Of a stretch of DNA of 64,000 bases, positions 42,820 through 52,721 are shown in pieces (the stretch's first letter is position 1; each line of letters opens with the position of its first letter). Under the pieces are notes generated by a model, which worked only from the letters and a program-made list of their open reading frames with translations, had not been told where the DNA came from and made no database searches. Source of the DNA: an uncultured Fibrobacterota bacterium (GTDB lineage: Bacteria; Fibrobacterota; Chitinivibrionia; Chitinivibrionales; FEN-1185); the NCBI GenBank assembly GCA_963753345.1, contig CAVWBU010000034.1:31484-95483 (forward strand). The letters run 5' to 3'. A program made the position numbers and the translations under genes.

Positions 42820-43899
42820 TTACCGCTCCGTGCAGCTGATGCAGGGGTCTATGGTGAGAACGATCACGGGCACGTCGGCCAGTTCGCACCCGCCGAGCAT
42901 CTTGACAAGCGGCGGGACATTGGCGAACGTGGGCGTGCGCACGCGGAAGCGCTCAAGGTTCTTCGTGCCGTTTCCCTTGACATAGTATATGACCTCGCCG
43001 CGCGGCTGCTCGGTGCGGCTGAAGTATTCACCGGAAGGATTGCCGGTCACCTTCACGTCGACCGGGCCGTCGGGTATTGTGGCGATGGCCTGGTAGATCA
43101 TCGAAAACGACTGGTACACCTCGCGGCAGCGCACCATGCACCGCGCGTAGCAGTCGCACCCCGTCTCCACCACGGGCTCCCAGTTGATTTTCGCATACGC
43201 TGCGTAGCCGAGCTTGCGCATGTCCGACGACACCCCGCTGCCGCGGAGCGTGGGGCCCACGGCGCCGAGCAAATGAGCGTCTTCCTTCGAAAGCATGCCC
43301 ACGCCGACTGTCCTGCGCCTCACCGAGCTGTCTTTTTTGAAAACATCGGTGATCTCGCGGCTCATTTTCTCTATGGTCCTCAGCTCGCCTTCGATGCGCT
43401 TGAGCGTGGGAGTGTCGATGTCGCGGCGCACGCCGCCCACCTTGGCCGTCCCGAAGATCACGCGGCCGCCCGTGGTCTCTTCGATGATGTCGAGAAGCTT
43501 TTCGCGCACGCGCCACGAATGCATGAACAGGCTTTCGAAGCCGAACCCGTCGGCGAACAGGCCCAGCCACAGAAGATGGCTGTGGATACGGGACATCTCT
43601 CCCCAGATGGTGCGCAGAAACAGGGCGCGCTCCGGAACGTCAATCTTCATGACGGCTTCGATTGCCTGGCAGTACGACTGGCCGTGGATGAAACTGCAGA
43701 TGCCGCAGATGCGCTCAGCGACATAGGTCATTTCGAGAAAGTCTTTTTTTTCGACGAGCTTTTCCAGTCCGCGGTGGATGAAGCCGATGGACGGGATCGC
43801 CTGGACCACCTTCTCGTCTTCGAGAACGAGATCGAGATGGATGGGCTCCGGAAGCACCGGGTGCTGGGGGCCGAACGGAACAACGGTACGGGTTGCCAT
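42820..43899 (-). CDS. echE: Ech [NiFe]-hydrogenase large subunit
   Basis: GPQHP, HRGLEK, L1 ERICGICS, L2 DPCISCTER with no C-terminal extension. Confidence 0.95.
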   Translation of the reverse strand: MATRTVVPFGPQHPVLPEPIHLDLVLEDEKVVQAIPSIGFIHRGLEKLVEKKDFLEMTYVAERICGICSFIHGQSYCQAIEAVMKIDVPERALFLRTIWGEMSRIHSHLLWLGLFADGFGFESLFMHSWRVREKLLDIIEETTGGRVIFGTAKVGGVRRDIDTPTLKRIEGELRTIEKMSREITDVFKKDSSVRRRTVGVGMLSKEDAHLLGAVGPTLRGSGVSSDMRKLGYAAYAKINWEPVVETGCDCYARCMVRCREVYQSFSMIYQAIATIPDGPVDVKVTGNPSGEYFSRTEQPRGEVIYYVKGNGTKNLERFRVRTPTFANVPPLVKMLGGCELADVPVIVLTIDPCISCTER

Positions 43900-43901
43900 A
43901 A

Positions 43902-44273
43902 TCACTTTGCCGGTTGTTGAGGTTGCGGTGCAAAAGGCGTCGGGACCGACAGTTTGTAGAACTTGCCGCCAAAGTCAAGCGCATTGCCCTTTACCCGTAT
44001 GCCGAACAGGTCGTGCAGCTCGTTCTCATACGTAAACGCGGCGAAATACTCGCCGGTTATGCTCGGGAGTTCCGGATCGTTGACGGGCAAAATCACGCGC
44101 AGATGCGAGCACTTGTAGTCTTTGTCAAACGAATAGGTGACTTCGAAGGAATCCTTGGCGAGGCAGGATATCTGCACCAGGCGCCAGCCTTCCCTGTTCA
44201 TCTGCGCCGCCTTTTCGACAATGGCGGCCTTGTCAACAACCGCCAGCGATTGTTCTTCCACGTGTACCATCAT
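43902..44273 (-). CDS. echD: Ech hydrogenase NuoC-like subunit
   Basis: WRLVQISC, LPSIT, YENELHDLFGI; ATGA overlap with the echC stop. Confidence 0.9.
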   Translation of the reverse strand: MMVHVEEQSLAVVDKAAIVEKAAQMNREGWRLVQISCLAKDSFEVTYSFDKDYKCSHLRVILPVNDPELPSITGEYFAAFTYENELHDLFGIRVKGNALDFGGKFYKLSVPTPFAPQPQQPAK

Positions 44274-44713
44274 GCACTCGCTTTCATTGAGGCAAGCGCC
44301 GCCGCCTTCTTTTCGAGCACGCCGAGCGCCGCCACCACGCCGTCGATGATCGCCTCGGGCCTCACCGCGCAGCCCGGAATGTAGATATCGACCGGGATCA
44401 CGCTGTCCACGCCGCCCTTGACGTTGTAGCATTCGCGGAAAATCCCGCCGCTCGTGGCGCAGATCCCGATGGCCGCGACCACTTTGGGGTCCGGCATCTG
44501 GTTGTAGATGTTTCGCACGACGTCGACATTCTGTTCGTTTATTGAACCGGTGATCAGGAAGACATCGGCATGTTTCGGGTTGCCGGTGTTGATGATGCCG
44601 AAGCGCTCGATGTCGTACAGCGGGGTGAGGCAGGCAAGGACCTCAATGTCGCAGCCGTTGCAGCTCGATCCGTCGTAATGAATGATCCACGGTGATTTCT
44701 TGAGAAAACTCAT
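44270..44713 (-). CDS. echC: Ech hydrogenase small subunit
   Basis: SCNGCDIE, GICATSGG, IPGCAVRPEAI. Confidence 0.95.
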   Translation of the reverse strand: MSFLKKSPWIIHYDGSSCNGCDIEVLACLTPLYDIERFGIINTGNPKHADVFLITGSINEQNVDVVRNIYNQMPDPKVVAAIGICATSGGIFRECYNVKGGVDSVIPVDIYIPGCAVRPEAIIDGVVAALGVLEKKAAALASMKASA

Positions 44714-44721
44714 TGCTGGCC

Positions 44722-45576
44722 TCATTTAATCAGAAAGGCGACACAAAAAATATTGACGACGCCGAATACCCCGGCGACGATCCACGATGATTTCACGGTG
44801 AAACGCCAGGTGAGACGGGCAAAGGTGTTATCGATGAAGATTTCGATGAAATACGTAATAACGACCGCGCAAATTGCCGCGATCCAGCTGGAGGCGAAGA
44901 ACAGGTACACAAACCCCATGAGCAGCACGTTTTCGTACCAGTGGGCGATTTCGATGACGGCGAGCGCCGGGCCGGAAAACTCGGTGGTGGCGCCCTTGAC
45001 AAGCTCCTGGTGGCCGTGGTGCGACGTGGAAAGGTCGAACGGCGACTTTCTCAGCTTGATGGTGAGCACGAAGAGGAACGCGACGAACACGCCCGGAAGA
45101 TACGCAAAAAGCAACTGGTGAAACCCGGCAATCGCGTCCACGTGCCAGCTCTTGGTGACCATGAACATTCCCACCGCCATGATGATGAGCACCGGCTCGT
45201 ACGACATCATCTGCAGAAGCTCGCGTTCGGCCCCGATGTTCGAGTACGGCGAATTGGGCGAGAAGGCGCCGAGCACGAAAAACACGCCCGCCACCGCAAG
45301 CGCGAATATGGTGAGCAGGAGATCGCCGCCTGAGAAGAACAGGCACCCGGTTACAATGACGAAGACGAGAAAGCAAATCATGTAGAAGTTCTGAAACGCA
45401 TTCACCACATTGCCTTTTTTGCCGAAAAGCTTGAGCACGTCGTAGAACGGCTGGAGCACGGGCGGACCCACCCGCGACTGCATGCGCGCGGTTATGATGC
45501 GGTCCACACCGGCCAGAAGCCCGCCGATAAACGGGGCGAGTACAACCCAACCAACGACCCAAAGCGCTGTTTTCAT
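44722..45576 (-). CDS. echB: Ech hydrogenase NuoH-like membrane subunit
   Basis: DRIITARMQSRVGPPVLQPFYDVLKL, KLRKSPFDLSTSHHGHQELVKG. Confidence 0.93.
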   Translation of the reverse strand: MKTALWVVGWVVLAPFIGGLLAGVDRIITARMQSRVGPPVLQPFYDVLKLFGKKGNVVNAFQNFYMICFLVFVIVTGCLFFSGGDLLLTIFALAVAGVFFVLGAFSPNSPYSNIGAERELLQMMSYEPVLIIMAVGMFMVTKSWHVDAIAGFHQLLFAYLPGVFVAFLFVLTIKLRKSPFDLSTSHHGHQELVKGATTEFSGPALAVIEIAHWYENVLLMGFVYLFFASSWIAAICAVVITYFIEIFIDNTFARLTWRFTVKSSWIVAGVFGVVNIFCVAFLIK

Positions 45577-47510
45577 AATTTCACCGCCGAGAACATCGTT
45601 ACGATCAGGAGGATCGACAGGACAATGCCTGCAACCGTCAGTTTCTTTTCGCTGAAGAACCCGGACAAATAATAATTGCGCACCGTGGCATGCTGCGTCG
45701 CGCCCATTGCGCCGACGAACGAGTCATTTTCGCCGGTGTTGGCGCCCCCGAGATACCGCGCCGCGTATATCGGCTTCTTGGGATACGCGAGAAACCCAAG
45801 CGGCAGGACCACCATGAGGCCGAGCAGTATCAACATGATGATGATGTTCCCCTGCGTCAAGCCGGCAGCCGCCTGCGATTCCACGTGGTACAGGCCGGCG
45901 ATGTACGGCGCGACCGACGCCCACGAGATAACCGGGAACAGCGCGGCGGTCGCAATGGTTGCGAAAGCCAGAACCGCAAGAGCGGTCCACTCGTCGCCTG
46001 GAACGCGGCCCTCCCCTTTCTTTATATCCCCGGGCACGCTCACGATCTTGCCCAGCCACTTTGTCCAGAAAAACAGCGTGGGCGCGCTGCCGTAGGCAAG
46101 GATCACGGCAAGGAGCGGCGTGTACTTGACATTCACGAAAGCCTCGAGGCAGGCCCACTTGCTGATGAGCATGCCGAACGGCGCGAGGAACATGCCGAGA
46201 ATGCCCACGATCATCACCACGGCAAGCCCGGGCCTGTTCACAATGAGTCCGCCCATGTCTTCTATGTCACGACTCCCGATCTTATGCTCAATGGAGCCCA
46301 CGCCGAGGAACAGGAGTCCCTTGGAGACCGCGTGGAAAATGGTGAGGAGCACGGCGGCCCACAGGGTCTGCGGCGTTCCCACGCCCGCGCATGCCACAAT
46401 AAGCCCGAGGTTCGCTATCGTGGAATAGGCCAGCACGCGTTTTGCATTGTTCTGCGTCACCGCGATAATTGACGTCAGGAGAAACGTGACGCCGCCCACG
46501 AGCGCGAGGAAATACCCCGCCCAGGTTCCCTGCAGCACCGGCGCGAACTTGATGATGATGAAAATTCCCGCCTTCACCATGGTGCTGGAGTGCAGGAGCG
46601 CGGACACGGGTGTGGGCGCGACCATGGCCCCGAGCAGCCACGAGGAGAACGGCATCTGCGCCGACTTCGCGAGCCCGGCAAAACAGATCAGAACAACGGG
46701 GATCAGCACGACACCGGCATTAATCTTGCCAAGGGTCCCGGAAGTAATCTTTCCGAAGGTGATGATCTGGTTGAGGTCGACGGTATGCAGGCCGCTGAAC
46801 TTGACAAGGTAGAGAATTCCTCCGGCAAAGCCAAGACCGCCCAGCAGGTTGAGGCCGAGGGCGAGATAGGCGTTTCTCGTGGCCTCTTCGGTCTTGGGAT
46901 AGCCGATGAGAATGAACGACGAGAGCGTGGTGATTTCCCAGAACAGGTAGAGCCATGCAAGGTTGTTGGCGAACACCACGCCGAACATCGCCGACAGAAA
47001 GAAAAACAAGATGAAGAAGAAGCTCCTCTGCCGGTCTTTCATCTGCGGATTGTGGTGATGGTAATCCCGCATGTAGCTGGTGGCGTAGAAGCAGATAAGA
47101 CTGCCCACGATGCCGATGATGAGCGCCATGATAACCGAAAAGTTGTCGATGTACAGCGCGTTTTCAACCTTGGGCATTGCGCCGGAAAGCTCGCAGTAGG
47201 CCATGATCCCGGCCTGTGCGATGATCAGCGCCGGTATGTACCACTCGCGCCTCTTGATTCCGATGCACTTATAAAGAAGGAACAGCGACAGCAGCATCTC
47301 GCCGCCGAAAAAAATCATGTCGAGGTATGGAAGTTCAACCTTGAAAAACTGGTCATGGCCGTTAAACACGACCGCCGCGCAAACCGACCCGGCCGCGATG
47401 AGAATCGCGCTTATGCGCACGAGCATGTTTCGGAACGCATTCGGGGGCAACACCGCGAAAACCAGGGACATAGCAGCGGGAAACAACAAAAGAAAGAGCA
47501 GAATGTTCAT
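45573..47510 (-). CDS. echA: Ech hydrogenase NuoL-like antiporter subunit
   Basis: FWEITTL, KSAQMPFSSWLLGAMVAPTPVSALLHSSTMVKAG, KRVLAYSTIANLG. Confidence 0.93.
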   Translation of the reverse strand: MNILLFLLLFPAAMSLVFAVLPPNAFRNMLVRISAILIAAGSVCAAVVFNGHDQFFKVELPYLDMIFFGGEMLLSLFLLYKCIGIKRREWYIPALIIAQAGIMAYCELSGAMPKVENALYIDNFSVIMALIIGIVGSLICFYATSYMRDYHHHNPQMKDRQRSFFFILFFFLSAMFGVVFANNLAWLYLFWEITTLSSFILIGYPKTEEATRNAYLALGLNLLGGLGFAGGILYLVKFSGLHTVDLNQIITFGKITSGTLGKINAGVVLIPVVLICFAGLAKSAQMPFSSWLLGAMVAPTPVSALLHSSTMVKAGIFIIIKFAPVLQGTWAGYFLALVGGVTFLLTSIIAVTQNNAKRVLAYSTIANLGLIVACAGVGTPQTLWAAVLLTIFHAVSKGLLFLGVGSIEHKIGSRDIEDMGGLIVNRPGLAVVMIVGILGMFLAPFGMLISKWACLEAFVNVKYTPLLAVILAYGSAPTLFFWTKWLGKIVSVPGDIKKGEGRVPGDEWTALAVLAFATIATAALFPVISWASVAPYIAGLYHVESQAAAGLTQGNIIIMLILLGLMVVLPLGFLAYPKKPIYAARYLGGANTGENDSFVGAMGATQHATVRNYYLSGFFSEKKLTVAGIVLSILLIVTMFSAVKL

Positions 47511-47623
47511 CGAAAGCCTCGCAGGCAGTCAAATGAGTTGAAAAAGACGTATAAAATGGAATATGGCGGAGGTTAAGGCAAGGAATATCTGGGCCGGTAT
47601 TTTCGTAAATAACAAATTAAGAA

Positions 47624-47900
47624 TTGGGCGTTCCCCGGCCTTCGGCCGGGTCGGTTCTCCCTGCGGGCTCGGCTGTTCGCCTCGTTGCCGGATCGCCCTA
47701 TGCCTATCGGCCGGGTCGACCGGCAATCCCGCTATGGCGGGACCACTTCGGTCCCCCTAACGCGCGGCAGCAGGACTCTTATCAGTCAAGCACTTTTCTC
47801 CCGCCGATCTGTATCCACAAGAGAAAGTTACAAATCTCTTGAACGTTTCAACGATCACGCTCAACTTTCAACGCTTCAACTATTCAACGTTTCAACTTCT
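47624..47900 (+). repeat. Dispersed element, module A plus spacer (no module B)
   Basis: ttgggcgttccccggccttcggccgggtcgg...ccctaacgcgcggcag...tttcaacgcttcaactattcaacgtttcaac running into the aminotransferase stop. Confidence 0.85.
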
Positions 47901-49068
47901 TGATAGCGTATTCAAATCCCTCAAACGACCTCGTTATCGTCTCCTCACTCACGCAGAACACAATCCGGAAGTAGCCCGGTGCGCCGAAGCCGGTGCCGGG
48001 AACGGTGAGCACGAGCTTTTCCTGGAGGACCTTTACAAATTCGACGTCGTTGCCGCCGGGCGCCTTCGGGAACAGGTAGAACGTGCCGCCGGGCGTGATG
48101 AAATCGTATCCCATCTTCTTGAGGCCGTTGCACAGAAGGTCGCGGCGCTTTTGGTAAAGGCCCGCGTCCACGCCGGCGCCCTGTATTTTCGCCACCACGC
48201 GCTGCATAAGAGCAGGGGCATTGACAAACCCGAGAATGCGGTTGCACAATATCATGCCGTCCACAAGGTTGTCGAAATCGTCCGCGCCGGGATGCACGGC
48301 AATGTAGCCGAGCCGCTCGCCCGGGATCGACAGGTCCTTTGAATACGAATTCACCACGATGCTGTTTTTGTAATTTGAAAACAGCGGCGGGACCGAAAGC
48401 CCGTCGTAGACAATCTTACGGTACGGCTCGTCGCTCAGGAGGTAGATGGCCCTGCCGGTCTCGGCGCTCTTGCGTTCGAGCATCCGGCAGAGTTCACGTA
48501 TGGTGGTCTCGGGGTATACCTTGCCCGTGGGGTTGTTGGGCGAGTTGATGAGCACGCCCGCTGTTCTTTTGTCAATCGCCTTTTCGATGGCCGCCACGTC
48601 GAGGTCGAAGTCCTCGCGCGTGCGGGCGAGCACCATTTCGCCGCCGTGGTTGCGGATGTAGAAATTGTATTCCACGAAATACGGCACGTTTACCATAACG
48701 GTATCGCCCGGATTCAGGATGGTCTTGAGCACCACGTTGAGCCCGCCGCCCGCGCCGCAGGTCATGATGATGCTTTTCTCGGTTGTTGTCGCGCCCTGTT
48801 CCTTCGACACGTAGTCGGCCACGCTTTTGCGGGTCTCTGCATAGCCGGCATTGGCCATGTAGCCGTGCTTGAGCGGGATCTTCCCGTTGACAATGTCGAC
48901 AAGCGCCTTCTGAAACGCGGCGGGCGGCTCAAGGTCAGGGTTGCCCAGCGTGAAGTCGCACACGTTCTGCTCGCCGTGCTCTTTCTTGAGCTGCGCGCCC
49001 AGCTCGAACATCTTGCGGATGAACGACGAGCCGGCCATGGTGTCTTTGACGGTTTTTGCGATTGCCAT
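47884..49068 (-). CDS. PLP-dependent class I/II (aspartate-type) aminotransferase
   Basis: INSPNNPTG, SDEPY, SYSKDLSIPGERLGY. Confidence 0.95.
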   Translation of the reverse strand: MAIAKTVKDTMAGSSFIRKMFELGAQLKKEHGEQNVCDFTLGNPDLEPPAAFQKALVDIVNGKIPLKHGYMANAGYAETRKSVADYVSKEQGATTTEKSIIMTCGAGGGLNVVLKTILNPGDTVMVNVPYFVEYNFYIRNHGGEMVLARTREDFDLDVAAIEKAIDKRTAGVLINSPNNPTGKVYPETTIRELCRMLERKSAETGRAIYLLSDEPYRKIVYDGLSVPPLFSNYKNSIVVNSYSKDLSIPGERLGYIAVHPGADDFDNLVDGMILCNRILGFVNAPALMQRVVAKIQGAGVDAGLYQKRRDLLCNGLKKMGYDFITPGGTFYLFPKAPGGNDVEFVKVLQEKLVLTVPGTGFGAPGYFRIVFCVSEETITRSFEGFEYAIKKLKR

Positions 49069-49098
49069 AATGTAAATCCTTTCTCTTTAATAAATATC

Positions 49099-49542
49099 TG
49101 GGCGTTCCCCCATGTGGAGCCGCAGGCCTCGCGGCTCCACATGGGTCGGTCTCCCTGCGGGCTCGGCTATTCGCCTCGTTGCCGGACCGCCCCTATGCTT
49201 GACGCGGGGTCGACCGGCAATCCCGCTATAGCGGGACCGCTCCGGTCCACCTAACGCGCGGCAGAAGAATTCTTATATGTCAAACGACTCTTATCACGCC
49301 ATTCGGTATCCACAATAAATAAGCTATGGCTTTTTCTTCTTTGTCCTCAACGCTTCAACTATTCAACGTTTCAACCTTTCAACTCTCTTTCTCGGTGCCC
49401 CCGCAGGCGAAGTTTCTTTCTCGCAGACCGACTTTCTAGGGGGCTACCCACGAGGGGGTGTGGGTGCCAATGTCGAGACGTTGGGTTTTTGGCCTTTGCT
49501 TTGAGTCTCGACATGGCACCCCAGGGGGAAACTTCCCCCACC
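49099..49542 (+). repeat. Bipartite structured dispersed element, full copy
   Basis: tgggcgttcccc-atgtggagccgcaggcctcgcggctccacat-gggtcgg...cctaacgcgcggcag...cttcaactattcaacgtttcaac...ggtgcccccgc...gggggctacccacgaggggg...ccagggggaaacttcccccacc. Confidence 0.88.
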
Positions 49543-49565
49543 ATATGCTCCTGTATTTGATCTTA

Positions 49566-50936
49566 TTATTCGTAAACCGGCACTATTTTGTATTCCCGTA
49601 TCTTCCTATACAATGTCTTTGGATTAATCTCCAGAATTTTCGCCGCCTTCCCCTTGTGGCCTTGCACGTGCTTGAGCACGTTGACAATGTGCCTGCGCTC
49701 GATTTCCGAGAGCGGCGCGATGAGGGCCTCGGGCGCCTTCGGCGGCGCGGCTCCAGGGACATTCTCCTCCGGGCGCCGCTTGACTGTAAGGAACGACACG
49801 TCCGCGGCGGTGATGGTGCGCCCCGGGCACAGAACGCAGGTGCGCTCCACAACATTTCTGAGCTCCCGGATGTTCCCAGGCCAGTCGTAGATCTTCAGCG
49901 CCGCCATGGCGTCAGGCGTGAAGCTGTTCTGAAACCCCTGCAGCCGCATGACGTTCTCCACGAGCAGGGCGATGTCGTTCTTGTGGTCGCGCAGCGGCGG
50001 CACCGTAATCGACAGCACGTTGAGGCGGTAATACAGGTCTTCGCGGAAAAGTTTCCTGGCGACCAGGTCTTCGAGGTTCCGGTTCGTGGCGCACAGGATG
50101 CGGACGTTCAGGCTTATGTCCTTTGTCCCGCCCACGCGGCGTATCTCGCCCGTTTCCAGAAACCTCAGCAGCGTTGCCTGGAACGCGAGGGGCAGATCGC
50201 CGATTTCGTCGAGGAACAGCGTGCCGCCGTCGGCGACCTCGGCAAGGCCGCGCTTCTGCGTCTTCGCGTCGGTAAACGCGCCCTTTTCGTAACCGAACAG
50301 CTCGCTCTCCAGCAGATTCTCGGGCAGCGACGCGCAGTTGACGGCCACGAACTGCTTCTCCGCGTTCTGGCTCTTTTCGTGGATGGAGCGCGCCACGAGT
50401 TCCTTGCCCGTGCCGCTCTCGCCCAGGATGAGCACGTTCGACTGCGTGGGCGCCACGCGCGTGATGATGTCACGCAGACCCGCCATCTCGCCGCTTTTCC
50501 CGATGATGGCCCCGTAGCCGGTTGTGCGCATGTGCTCGCGCAGCATGCGACGCCCGAGCTGCGTCTGCTGGTGCTCGAGGGCGCGGTCGATCTGAATGAC
50601 CAGCTCAGGGAGCTGGTACGGCTTCCTCACGTATTCGAACGCGCCGAGCTTCATGCATTCGATGGCGCTTTCGATCGTGGCGTTGCCGGTGAGGACGATG
50701 ACTTCGCTGGCGATGTTCTCGGCGCGCATGGTGCGCAGCACCGCTATGCCGTCGACCGCGGGCATCACGATGTCGAGCAGCACGCAGTGATAGGAATCCT
50801 CGCGGACCCGGCGCAGCGCCTCCTCGCCGCCGGACGCCACATCCACCGCGTATCCCTCGCGCGCGAGCTCCCTGCCGAGGAGGATCCGCAGGCTCTCCTC
50901 ATCGTCGACCACGAGAAGTTTCCCCTTTGGTGCCAT
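49566..50936 (-). CDS. Sigma-54-dependent response regulator (NtrC family)
   Basis: Receiver domain (LLVVDDE, LLDIVMP), GESGTGKE, ESELFG..KGAFTDA, LFLDEIG, WPGNIREL, Fis HTH. Confidence 0.95.
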   Translation of the reverse strand: MAPKGKLLVVDDEESLRILLGRELAREGYAVDVASGGEEALRRVREDSYHCVLLDIVMPAVDGIAVLRTMRAENIASEVIVLTGNATIESAIECMKLGAFEYVRKPYQLPELVIQIDRALEHQQTQLGRRMLREHMRTTGYGAIIGKSGEMAGLRDIITRVAPTQSNVLILGESGTGKELVARSIHEKSQNAEKQFVAVNCASLPENLLESELFGYEKGAFTDAKTQKRGLAEVADGGTLFLDEIGDLPLAFQATLLRFLETGEIRRVGGTKDISLNVRILCATNRNLEDLVARKLFREDLYYRLNVLSITVPPLRDHKNDIALLVENVMRLQGFQNSFTPDAMAALKIYDWPGNIRELRNVVERTCVLCPGRTITAADVSFLTVKRRPEENVPGAAPPKAPEALIAPLSEIERRHIVNVLKHVQGHKGKAAKILEINPKTLYRKIREYKIVPVYE

Positions 50937-50953
50937 GGTTCGCCTTTCTTGCT

Positions 50954-52129
50954 TTACCGGACTTCCGGCGCGGACGGCGCGCCGGGAATTTCGAGGATGA
51001 CGGTCGTACCCTTGCCCGCCTCGCTCGTGACGTCGATCGCGCCGCTGCATTCTTCCATGATCACGTGACTCATGGCGAGACCGAGCCCCGTGCCCTGCCC
51101 CACCTGCTTGGTGGTGAAAAACGGGTCGAACACTTTCGGCAGCACGTCGGCGGGGATTCCCGGCCCGTTGTCGGTCACGCGCAGGCGTACGAACCGTCCG
51201 TCGGTTTCCGCCGTGATCGTCACCGCGCTGCCGCTCGGGCAGAAATCAAGCGCGTTGGTGAGGATATAGACAACTGCCTGCTGGAGTTTCTGCAGGTCGG
51301 CCCGCACCAGGAACAGAGGCGGGACCGACGAAGCGATGGCGACCTGCTTCCTCGCCGCCGCGGACTTGACAAGCAGCAATGCGCCGGCGATGCATTCGGC
51401 AAGCGAAAAGTCGCGGATCTGGACCTCGCCCTCGCGCGCGAACCTCGACAGGTTTTCAACGGTGTCGCGGCACCGCACGGCTTCGGAATTTATGATAGAG
51501 ATGTACTGTTCAAGTTCCTCTTTGTCCATGCTTTCGTTGTTCTTCAGGCGCTCCAGGACCGCGCCGGAAAATCCGAGGATCGCGGTGAGCGGGTTGTTGA
51601 GCTCGTGCGCCACGCCCGAGGCGAACGTGCCGATGGACGCGAGGCGGGCCGAACGGTACATCTGTGTCCGCGCCGCCTGCTGCTCCTGCTCGTATCTGTT
51701 CTTCGACACGAGCAGTTCCTGCTGGAGACTGCGGATGCGCAGCAGGACCCTGATCCGCGCGACAAGTTCGTCGGCGTTGAACGGTTTGGTGATGAAATCG
51801 TCGGCAAGGGAAAGCCCCGTGATTTTCTCGTCCTGCCCGGACAGGGCGGTGAGAAAGACGATCGGCACGAATTCACTCTTGCCGAACGTCCTTTTCATTC
51901 TGCGGGCGATTTCGAATCCGTTCATGTCCGGCATCCTCACATCGAGAACCACGAGGTCGACCGCCTGCTTCCGAATAAAAGTGAGCGCCGCGGCGCTGTC
52001 GGTGCAGATGCTCACGCCGAGCCCCGCGCGTCCCAGCACCTCCGCGATGTACTTCGCGGCGACCCCGTCGTCGTCTACGACAAGGACCCTCTTTTCAGGC
52101 GCGGGCGAGGTTTTTTCCGAACCGTTCAT
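50954..52129 (-). CDS. Hybrid receiver-histidine kinase
   Basis: N-terminal [37 protein letters not shown]. Confidence 0.93.
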   Translation of the reverse strand: MNGSEKTSPAPEKRVLVVDDDGVAAKYIAEVLGRAGLGVSICTDSAAALTFIRKQAVDLVVLDVRMPDMNGFEIARRMKRTFGKSEFVPIVFLTALSGQDEKITGLSLADDFITKPFNADELVARIRVLLRIRSLQQELLVSKNRYEQEQQAARTQMYRSARLASIGTFASGVAHELNNPLTAILGFSGAVLERLKNNESMDKEELEQYISIINSEAVRCRDTVENLSRFAREGEVQIRDFSLAECIAGALLLVKSAAARKQVAIASSVPPLFLVRADLQKLQQAVVYILTNALDFCPSGSAVTITAETDGRFVRLRVTDNGPGIPADVLPKVFDPFFTTKQVGQGTGLGLAMSHVIMEECSGAIDVTSEAGKGTTVILEIPGAPSAPEVR

Positions 52130-52712
52130 CCAGCATTCTCCTGAGCGCGGCAAGCGCCCTTCCTCTGTGGCTGATCGCATTTTTTGTCAACGCGTCAATC
52201 TCGGCGAACGTTCGCGAATGTCCGCGTGGAACGAACACCGGGTCGTACCCGAACCCGTCGGTCCCGCGCGAAGCAAGCCCGATGGCGCCTTCACAGACGC
52301 CACTTGCGACCAGTTCCTCGGAGGCCGACACTTTCATCACGACAACGCACCTGAACCGCGCTGTGCGCCTGTCAATGCCGCACTCACGGAGCGCGGCAAG
52401 CAGCTTGTCGAGGTTTTCCCGGTCGGTCGCGCGCTCGCCAGCGAACCGCGCGCTGCGCACGCCGGGCGCGCCGTTGAGAAAATCCACTTCAAGGCCCGAG
52501 TCGTCGGCAAGGGACCATATTCCCTTCTTGTCAAACACCCATCGGGCTTTTGCCTGCGCGTTTTCGAGGAAGGTTGTGCCATTCTCTGGTATTGAGGGTA
52601 CAGGGTTCCAATGGTCCTTTAAAGATGTAATCTCGAATGGAAGACCAGAGCAGATTTCCCTGATCTCCCGGAGTTTGCCCATGTTGTTAGTTGCGACGAT
52701 TACTTTTTGCAT
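52095..52712 (-). CDS. rdgB: Non-canonical purine NTP pyrophosphatase (HAM1 family)
   Basis: ATNNMGKLRE, ADDSGL, GFGYDPVF, KNAISHR. Confidence 0.96.
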   Translation of the reverse strand: MQKVIVATNNMGKLREIREICSGLPFEITSLKDHWNPVPSIPENGTTFLENAQAKARWVFDKKGIWSLADDSGLEVDFLNGAPGVRSARFAGERATDRENLDKLLAALRECGIDRRTARFRCVVVMKVSASEELVASGVCEGAIGLASRGTDGFGYDPVFVPRGHSRTFAEIDALTKNAISHRGRALAALRRMLDERFGKNLARA

Positions 52713-52721
52713 TATAATAAT

